A DNA stretch of 20,000 nt from Vermamoeba vermiformis. Its lineage: Eukaryota. Each line of letters opens with the position of its first letter. Positions within the stretch are counted from its first letter, which is position 1. The stretch covers positions 113,943 to 133,942 of the forward strand of contig JBEWZL010000212.1 in the NCBI GenBank assembly GCA_045837725.1, in the 5' to 3' direction. Positions 9,788 to 20,000 of the stretch are shown piece by piece. Below the pieces are notes generated by a model, which had not been told where the DNA came from, ran no database searches, and saw only the letters and a program-made list of their open reading frames with translations. Made by a program: the position numbers and the translations under genes.

Positions 9788-11302
9788 TTAAAAAAGCTCC
9801 TCATCGTATTTGCGCGAGTGTTTCCAATCACTTCGCGAATAAGTTCGTTGCATGCCTCCACGACCAGTTTTAATCCACTTTAATCTCCTGACGCGCGGTA
9901 ACTTGTCAAACACCAGATCCACCACACTGCCGTTAATAATATCGGTGGGCAGTGCTGGGTTTTCTAGATCCAGCTCAGTCAATGACGTTAACTTTGCAAG
10001 ACTTTCAATAGGCTCTCCTAGCACGTCACCGCTGTACTTCAAATATTCCAAATTAGGTAAGCGCATCAAGTACGGCAATTCGCTGGCCCAATTGACGCGT
10101 GAAAATCGTTTCAAGTTCTTCAGATGCGAGACGTAGCCTGTCGGAGATACATCCGAATCTACCGACAAACTTGTGAGGTTCACTAACCGCGAAATTTCGT
10201 TCAGTTTTTCCGCGTGTTCGTCGGTGAAGAGGTCGACGTCCAACTCGAGACTATGGAGCCATACCAAATTAGGCAATACTGTCACAAAGTCTAGTGCGAT
10301 GTCGTCGTATGAAGTGAATGCGATACTTTCAAGATGTCGCAATCTCGTTAAATCTCCGCTCTCAATCGGGACTGGTCGGCCCTCACAATTGACCGACAAC
10401 ATTTTGAGATTGGTCATGTGAGCTATTCTGTTCTTAGGGCCACTGAATCCAATGTGCAAGTACGTCAAATTAGATGCATATTTAAGCGGCAGTAGTGTCG
10501 CGTGATTGGTCCACGTAAAACTCAATTCGTTCAATTGCGACGAGATCTTCCACATCTCTGAGCAATCTGTGAACATTATTTGTTAGCTCATAGCACTATA
10601 ATAGTATCTTAGTATTATTACTATAATTTTAGACTAATTGTAATGATGTTTAACGTCTCTTTTGTACCGCGTACTGGATGTACCGACAAATTTAATTTGA
10701 TTATTACCTGTTTCAAATGGTGCATTAATTGATAACGAAGTCAAGTGTGAGAAGCCAGGAAAGAATACGTCCAAGTTTGGCGTTTTGGTGGTTAAGAGTG
10801 AGATCTTCTCCAAGTACGTCATCTGCTTCAAGATGTTGAAGTAAGGTGCAACAGTTGGATTGGTAATGTCAGATGGATCCTCGGTATGAACAATAATTTC
10901 AACACGAAGGCGCTTTAAGTTTGTTAATAGGAGCATTTCTTCGGTCAAGCCATAAAACCACCAGATCGCATCGTACTCAAAAAAATTCAAACTTAATTCC
11001 TCAAGGTTTGTCAGCTTAGATATTAATTGTCTTGACGTAAGATGTCGCAATTCAGCATATTTGATCAGACCGTAAGCTATAGCATTCCATTTTCTATTTA
11101 CAGTTGTAAGACTGCGAAAAAAAAATTATTAAAATTAATGCAGCGATTATTTTTTATAATAGGTGCAATATAATATTATATAGAGGTCTCAGATTTCAAA
11201 TAGAATTTTTGTAAATATTTTTACTTACGTGATCAAGTCTTCAGTCCTCAACCGGCGAAAAACCTCTTGCTGACAATCGGCAGGAAGACTGTTGAACTCC
11301 AT
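9788..11302 (-). CDS. F-box / leucine-rich-repeat protein (~418 aa)
   Basis: Exons 11302-11229, 11111-10708, 10566-9788 (1257 nt). N-terminal F-box MEFNSLPADCQQEVFRRLRTEDLITLTTVNRKWNAIA, then repeated LxxLxxLxL units (LTNLEELSL, LTNLKRLRV, MTNLKMLSV, LVNLTSLSV, LTSLTELDL). Confidence 0.9.
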
Positions 11303-11759
11303 TACTATAATTAGTCACTACAATTGACTGTTGGACGCTGGGATTGTGTCGTGCTATCGCGGTTTAAAATTAACAGTCTTTAACTGATTACATCGATCGT
11401 TGAGTTGCCTGATCAGGCCCATTGAGCAACATAACCTTCTGTTTGATTATCCTAATAGATGTTGACGAGTTCATAGCACAGCAAACTGGAGACGAAGCTA
11501 ACAACTTTGAAGTGGCTCTAAATTTTAGCTTGCTTTGGTTTGGTTTGGGTAAGGCACGTGTTATCATGCTTATAACGTATTCGATGAAACAATGCCCTGC
11601 GCCAATAAATAAAGGCTGCCGGGCGAGCTTTCAGTTTCGCGAAAACGAAATACGAAGTTTCCGCGGAATTTCAATGAGTAGTTTGAGCAGGGACCAGGCT
11701 AGTATAAAAGTCAACGTTAATCTATCTCAACAACTCCTTATTATACTTTAAGCTTGGGA

Positions 11760-13373
11760 ATGAGTGAGTTGCCGTATGAGATCGTGTCGCACATCTTCGG
11801 CATCTTGGATGTACGATCTCTAGCCCAAGCAAGCGCGACTTGTCACGCGTGGAGAGAAGCATCCAATGACCAAAGACTATGGAAGGCTATATTTCAGGAA
11901 TCTGTAAGTACTACAAATAATTGAAGATCTGCTGGCGAATTAACGGTTCTCGTTTACTACCCATTTCAATAGTTTATCGCTCTGGTCATTTTATTAATTT
12001 TACCTGTTAAATGTAGTACTCTGAAGACGTCTTTGGTAACGAATTAGTCGAGAAGGTAAATAAAATAAAATATTTTTTCGATCTGCAATTGTTTTAAAAC
12101 AAGAAAGCGTTATTATTTATCAACTCAATCAATTGTAGCTAACACTATGTTATATATGACAGGAGGAGTGGAAGAAAGCGTGCAAATTGTCCTACAAGAT
12201 CCGCTCCGCTTACTACGGATCGTATATTCCAGACTATCGCATCAAATTCTCGCCTGAAGATGTTGCTTGGAACGAACAAAACGTCCACGTGCGAGTATTC
12301 AAACGAGCGCACTTCAAACAGGCACCTGTCATTTTATACCCCGTAAGTATAAAATATCTCGGCAGATCCACCTGGCATAATTTAACTTGAACACAGACTA
12401 ATGATTGGTTATTATTATAGATGGAAAAAACAGTTGCCAATACTCTTCCCGATAATGACGCTGTGCGAACGTGGATCGAAGGAAAAATGAAGCTGCATAA
12501 CCCTGAATTCTGCAAAATATTAGGCTGGACAGGCGACGTATGTACTAATAGTAGGATAATATTACCGTTTCCATTATCAGAAATGGAAGCTGGATCCGGA
12601 CCTCACATTTGACACGTGTCAATTTATTTAACTTTACTTTGTTTTAGGACGAAGAAAAATACTTGGTGATTGAAAATTGTCAACGAGGAATCGTTAAACA
12701 TGCCTCGAATAAGTCATTAACGAGTTGGCAGTTTTATTTCTCGTACGCTCTGCAGATGGTCGATATTTTCATGAAGGCACATGAAGTCATGCCAGAACAG
12801 AAATATTTTTGTTTTAGATTGGAAGATTTTTATCTCACTTCCGAGATTAAATTGAAATTGAATCTCTCAGGTACGCTTCGAACAGAAAAAAAATTGCCAT
12901 CGTACTGACATAAAATTCTTAGATTGGTTATTTGCTTGGCTGTCGCTCTTTGTTATCAACTATTCTGATGACTACAGACCAAACATTTCACGAAGTAATT
13001 TCCCGCCTGAATTGGTTACCGTTGAAGGATTGAAAATTGAGAAGCAGACAGTCGATGTTTGGGCCATTGCCAAGAACTTACAACACCTCGTATGCTCACA
13101 TAAAATATATCATACTATAGTGCCCGACACTAACGATAGTTTCTATAGATGAAACAGCTGTTTGTAGCACCACGTTACTGGTTCTCGTACCCCGAAGTGT
13201 TCCCTCAAGATTGTCCCGCAGAATTCACCGAATTCATGAAAAAATGCACCGCTCGCGAGCCACAAGATAGACCTAAGCTTAGCGAACTCAAGCATATGTT
13301 AGAAACTATAGCATATAAGAACTCGACTCTTACCTCACCCAATGTCAGCGGATCAACCCTATCAAAATCTTAA
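11760..13373 (+). CDS. F-box protein fused to a degenerate protein-kinase-fold (pseudokinase) domain (~364 aa)
   Basis: Exons 11760-11903, 12017-12055, 12163-12342, 12421-12537, 12648-12870, 12923-13089, 13149-13373 (1095 nt). F-box MSELPYEIVSHIFGILDVRSLAQASATCHAWREASNDQRLWK. Kinase-like segments: MKLHNPEFCKILGW..KYLVIENC, NFPPEL, VDVWAIA, DCPAEFTEFMKKCTAREPQDRPKLSELKHMLE. Confidence 0.85.
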
Positions 13374-13444
13374 ACCCTCAAAAACTCCTTGTAAATAGTT
13401 TAAATTAATACTCCGAATTTTATTTACAATTTTTCCAGCAATTT

Positions 13445-15680
13445 CTATTTTTCAGGCCAAGGTTTACTTGGACTACTAAGTTCCCATCGACCATCGATTA
13501 ATCGTTCGTAAAATAAAAACGCATGGCCGTCGATGAACTGACCCTTAGTACGGTTATTTCTATAAGCATAATAACTATACTCGAGACTTCGCGTGAATGA
13601 GAATGACTGGTAGCCTTGCATATTCGTTGTTTTTTTCAGCAGTCTTGACGCGTAGTTATTCCGCAGTTGTTTTTGCTTGACAGGCGAGCCCATTACTTTC
13701 ATTAAGAATATGATGCCATATCTAAGGAATAATTAGAGTTTGAATCGAAAGGTGGATCCAGATCTGCTTACCTTTCCGTTGCACTAATATTAAAAAGAAA
13801 TGAACTGATATTATCCAATGTTCCGACCTTATTGCCGATGAACTCAATCAGTTTTGACGAGCTAACGGTCTCTTCCTAAAAAGGAAATATCGCTAGTTAG
13901 CTCGGCATTGCTAAGTATAGCGGTATTATAAGTACCTGAATATGACATTTGTGCTCTAATTGATATATCGCTTGAATTCTAACGCGCTTATCGATCAATC
14001 TTTGTTGGAACGAGATCACCCGCACTCCTTTCCCAGTTCTCACCGCCAAATCTCCATTACTGAGCTAAAAAAACAATCATTAACCTTAAAATAGTACTTT
14101 AATATATTACTATTACCTCATTGAACTCCGATACAGATTCATACAGATTAATGCCGTTGATCAGCTTGCCCGAATTCAGATCGATGAAGAACACTTTGCC
14201 GTCGCTAGAACACACCAACATATCGTGATATATGGTTGCGTTGTTAGGCTAAAAATAATAAAATTAATTATAAATGCTTTGAAGAACTTGCTACGTACGT
14301 AAGCAACAGGAATTTTGAGGGTCGCGAGTGATTTGGTGTTAATATCGTACACGAGCATTTTTTTCTCGTAAATAAACATTACGACCTAATTGTACGCATT
14401 AGTGAGTATAGTTATTGCATTTCGTGTAAAATTGACTTACTTTGTCGGATCCAGCCGTAATGCTGTGCACAACCTCGTTGCTGATGATGACATGTTCTTC
14501 TTTCGTTAACAAATTCATGCACATCACTTTGCAGGGATGAAAAGGCTGCAGTATATTAGTCATATAATTTAAAATATTTTAGCTACGCACTTGGTAATAA
14601 ATGAAATAATGTTGGTAAAGATCCACGATGCGGATCTTCTTAGCTTCGAGAATTTGGTGCATTAACTCCATAGAATGAATATTCCATATGCCATATACCG
14701 ATCCAGCACTAAATAACAACATTTAGTGGCTGCGTAAAAGCTTTGGATCTGTTGACTTCTTACTTGTTGTACCAATCATCGTAGCCACGTTGAAAGCAAA
14801 TGGCAACAAACGGTGATTTGTTGTCGCTGTTTTTTATCACGTGATCGACGTTGCCTTTCATTACACCACCAAGTTCTTTCATTTCGGGCGTGGCACAGAC
14901 CGATTGAAAGCTCAAATCACGAAGCCTTGCTGGTGGCGCCGTCGACTTTTCATCGAGTTAGTTAAGTTTGGTAATGTAGTATCGCTACTTACTGATCCGA
15001 ACATCATATTGCCCGACGTTAGAAATAAGAATGACTCCTTGTACTAACAAAAATGTAATTAGTAAGGCTTAGGCGGTGACTCAAAGTGGTACGTACAGGA
15101 ATGGATTCTTCGGTAATAACATTGACTACATGCGTATCTTTATCATCTAATATGGTACACCAATCTCCATTAAGCGAGGTGCACGTACTAGTACTTGTTT
15201 TTGCGTCCTTGGAGGAAACGGAACGGACAACGCATCTGAATTCCATTTGAGTCGTTGAACAATTAAAAATTAAAATCAATAATACGTACTTAGATTGTTT
15301 AAGATTATGCCTGACAATAAATTTGCGAAGGACAAGGTGCTTCCAGTCGAGTTTCGCATCTGGTCTGTAGGCAGGGTGCGGAGTGGTTGCAAAGTAAAGC
15401 GCCTACCATGACAGAATTTTAACAAATTTTAATGTCACAAATCGATTAATATAAAAATAAGCGAATAAAAGAAGAGGATAAATAATAAAAATTAATATAT
15501 AATAATTAATTCAATTCAATAATTCCGGTGTCGAAAGAAGTCAATTACCTTCCATAATCCAGGATCACACGTGCTACCTCTCCAATTTGAACAAACTAAT
15601 GAGTTCCGCAGAACAGAACGCACGGATCCAAATCTGAATATCAAAGAAAGTATTTCAGGTGGCAGGTTGCTCCAATCCAT
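13445..15680 (-). CDS. F-box protein with a beta-strand-rich (propeller-like) C-terminal region (~522 aa, 12 exons)
   Basis: Exons 15680-15549, 15402-15290, 15235-15097, 15043-14993, 14945-14764, 14708-14591, 14545-14441, 14385-14299, 14248-14117, 14064-13936, 13875-13772, 13721-13445 (1569 nt), all in frame. F-box MDWSNLPPEILSLIFRFGSVRSVLRNSLVCSNWRGSTCDPGLWK. Blade-like segments YGIWNIHS, VMCMNLLTKE, MLVYDINTKS, GKVFFIDLNSGK. Confidence 0.85.
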
Positions 15681-15786
15681 GGACGGTTTTGTGAGTTCAT
15701 CAAAACTAACTAATATATATTGGTAAATTTAGGGCGCTTGTGGTTTTATTGTTGGTCTTTGGGGCGAGATTTCAATCGAGCGGGAA

Positions 15787-15829
15787 ATATCCCAGGCAGC
15801 TTAAATGTGATTCATATCCCAGGCAGCTT
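15787..15829. repeat. 16-bp perfect direct repeat ATATCCCAGGCAGCTT, two copies
   Basis: Copies at 15787-15802 and 15814-15829, separated by 11 nt. Confidence 0.95.
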
Positions 15830-15872
15830 GTCCGAGCTCCGAACTCGAAATTTCTCGCGACTGCGCAAAAAA
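15818..15872. repeat. Left arm of an imperfect long-range inverted repeat (partner 17068-17123)
   Basis: cccaggcagcttgtccgagctccgaactcgaaatttctcgcgac-tgcgcaaaaaa aligns to the reverse complement of 17068-17123 at 46/56 positions (manual alignment). Confidence 0.85.
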
Positions 15873-17067
15873 TTGCCACAAAAAAAATTGCACAAAACTG
15901 TAATTTTGCGACTCGGATTACAAATTTACGCAATCGCCTGTTAAGCTCTTCAGACGCATATAACTGCTTTTTTTAAACTATGATAGCTATTAGTTGCCAA
16001 GTCAATCATACCTGATTGCTTGAAAATGCTAATACGCACGTAGATCAAATTCTGAAATCGCATCTCGAAAACGAGATAGCTGCCACCATGTAAAGCTCAA
16101 ACAAGACTCAGTGCATGAAAATGCCCTGCTGTGGTTCGGGTCACTCAATGTTCGAGATTTGAATTCATCCAACACTCTTTGGACCGCTTTTTCGGATGAT
16201 CTGATCAGGGTCAACCAGATCCGTTGACAGGGAAGCGTTTTCTCTTGATATGCTTTAATTTTGGGACACTATGCTTTGTGACATAAGTTCCACGGATTTC
16301 TACCGTCACAGTGCGAAGATTTATGCACTTGAACGGGCTGTCGCAAGTTTGTTTTGCAAAAAAAATTGTGATTCTAGGCCCATCGCAAGATTTTGTGACA
16401 GGCATTTTCGCACATTCCGCCTGTGCACAAAAATGTTGTGCACCGGGGCCTCAAAGAGTTTTTAAGGTTAAACTCCTTGGAAAAGTGCTTCAAGCGTTAA
16501 TTTTGGTTGTTTAGGCGATACTTTTGTTTAAAGATTAGTTCCACGACGAATGGAATTCCCTTGTTGTTGGAAAGTTCAAGATGTAAGCATCCACTTTGCG
16601 ACTCCTCTCTCGCTCTGGTTTCAAGTTGTGGAAATGTTTTCTTCAATCGTAATTCGGCACGCACAGTGTTTTGGGAGGGGTGTATGATATGTACAATGCA
16701 ATTGTGAGGTTCTACACCTCTTCTCAACAGCAGAAACTCGCGATCCAAACTTGCGACCCAATTTTGCGACAATGTTTCGAGAAGAGGTTTTGCAAATGAT
16801 TTAAACGTGAAAAAAAGTAAAGCACACAATTTAGTGAAATTTAGGGACGCAGATGAAATTTAACGGCCAAATCCGAAGTGATTAAAGCAGATCTGGCTTA
16901 ATTTGGTTGCATAGCCACAGCAGTTGAGCAAGGCCATTTCTGGAGCTTCTTAAACGATGTTGTGAAGGTAAAATTATAATTCAGTGCTTGGGATATAGTG
17001 AAAAACTCTTGCGAAGATCCGCTCAATTTCGCGACAATTTTTTGCGACTTTGTGTATGTGTAAATTT

Positions 17068-17123
17068 TTTTTTGCGCATGCCGTGAGAAATTTCTGGTGC
17101 GGAGCGCGGAGCCGCTGCCTGGG
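17068..17123. repeat. Right arm of the imperfect inverted repeat, ending 68 nt upstream of the histone H4 ATG
   Basis: Its reverse complement is cccaggcagcggctccgcgctccgcaccagaaatttctcacggcatgcgcaaaaaa, 82% identical to 15818-15872. Confidence 0.85.
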
Positions 17124-17191
17124 GTTTTTGTTGATTTTTTCTTGGAAGTGATTTTCAAAACAGATCGATATAAAGGAACACAACGAACAAC

Positions 17192-17797
17192 ATGTCTGGT
17201 CGTGGTAAGGGAGGTAAAGGACTTGGTATGGGTGGTGCCAAAAGACACAGAAGAGTCCTACGTGACAACATCCAAGGTATCACTAAGCCTGCTCTTAAGC
17301 GTATTGCAAGAAGGTAATTAATTATTTCTATAATCTACTACTCTTAATAGTTACGTGCTTATTATTTTATGGACTCAATTATAAACGATTCAGTTAAATT
17401 GAATTATTATTCTAATAATTAAGCAACAATTTATTTGGACTTTTTACCGTGCAATCTGCGATAATTATTTACATACATAATATCATATGCTTAGCTAATA
17501 TTCAATGTGATGTTCGTTTGTTGCTTTTGTCGCACTAATGTGGATTTATGTCTTAGAGCTGGCGTTAAACGCTTCAGCGGTCTTATCTACGAGGAGTTAC
17601 GCGGCGTTATGAAGATCTTTATGGAGAATTTAATTCGTGATGCTGTTACTTACACAGGTAAGCCGGTATTGCGATCGCACAACCAAATCTTACCACCTTT
17701 CTTTCTAGAACACGGCAGAAGAAAGACAGTCACTACTACCGATGTTGTGTACGCTCTTAGAAAGCAAGGCATTACCTTGTTTGGCTTTGGTGCTTAG
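17192..17797 (+). CDS. H4: Histone H4, divergent/variant, two introns
   Basis: Exons 17192-17313, 17557-17657, 17709-17797 give [103 protein letters not shown]. Canonical length; 81/102 identical to canonical animal H4 by manual comparison. Confidence 0.97.
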
Positions 17798-18021
17798 ATT
17801 CAGTTGTAAAAAAAGATCTGTCTCAAGTAGCTGTAATCGGTTATTTGGACGAATTTATCCTTATAGTTTGCAGTATATAAACAATATCTTAGTGTGATAG
17901 TTCTTTTATGAATTTTCGGTTTATTTACTACAAAGGAGGTTCGGGTTGCAAAAACCAAAGAGCTACATCTCGTAGGAAGTACTCAAAATCTTGCAACATT
18001 ACACTCCTTAGCTGAACATAT

Positions 18022-19649
<1,628 letters not shown>

Positions 19650-20000
19650 TCAAAGGCACTTACTATTGTTATGTGGTGTGTTCAGAAGCTTGCTTCGATA
19701 AAAAGAAGCCAAAACTTTGTGGCTTTCTTGATGCCCGCCACGTGGGTTTTTTGTTAACGAAGCGAAATTTTAGTGAAATGCACCAGCGTTAATGAAACAA
19801 TGCAAAACGATTCAAAGTCTGCACCAATCTTACAATAGAACAGGAATTCCATCGGTTGACTAATGAAGCAAGTTAGTGATCATCGGGCCAACGGATGTGT
19901 ATCCGCCTTCGACTCTTCTAGATCAATGAGATTTCATTATTACCCGTTGATAGCGCTAAGTCCAATGCACTGAGTCGTACTAAGGCAACTTTGGGAGCAG

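Noticed and set aside
11422-11751. 109-aa ORF between the divergent F-box genes
   Set aside because: Non-ATG start, fills the divergent promoter, no motif; a 5' coding extension of the downstream gene is not supported.
15787-15829. Repeat-spacer-repeat resembling a mini CRISPR
   Set aside because: Only two 16-bp copies with an 11-nt gap, in eukaryotic context with no cas genes.
15720-17183. Short ORFs in the large spacer, including 16497-16829, as a transposase or H3 remnant
   Set aside because: No DDE, histone-fold or other recognisable motif, mostly non-ATG starts, and no coherent splice model found.
17798-17900. Metazoan-type histone 3' stem-loop
   Set aside because: Not seen; the introns and TGTAA motifs suggest an ordinary polyadenylated mRNA.
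19750-20000. Possible exon fragments of a further gene at the window end
   Set aside because: Only short open frames with no recognisable motif; needs flanking sequence.

Overview
Gene-dense, AT-rich eukaryotic nuclear DNA with many short spliceosomal introns (mostly 44-140 nt, GT[A/G]..., CTAAY-like branch, YAG). The pattern suggests a protist, possibly amoebozoan, but the taxon cannot be fixed from sequence alone. I spliced nine genes by hand, and every junction keeps the reading frame. In order: a 5'-truncated 7-TM membrane protein (+); an 892-aa mostly disordered nuclear protein with a RAMA-like domain (-); a carnosine N-methyltransferase (CARNMT1/N2227) with an N-terminal HxH tract (+); a DnaQ/Pol III epsilon-like DEDDh exonuclease behind a long disordered region (+); three adjacent F-box genes (F-box-LRR -, F-box-pseudokinase +, F-box-beta-rich -); a divergent histone H4 (+); and GAPDH (-). 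The most notable items are the H4 with K12M/K20R/K77R/K91R and a ~56-bp, 82%-identical inverted element sitting just upstream of both that H4 and the divergent F-box gene, around a TTGCGAC-rich spacer. Also notable are a structured ~100-nt Pol III-like element at 9630-9730, the F-box-pseudokinase, and the HxH tract on a histidine methyltransferase. Family assignments rest on motif recognition only; no searches were run.
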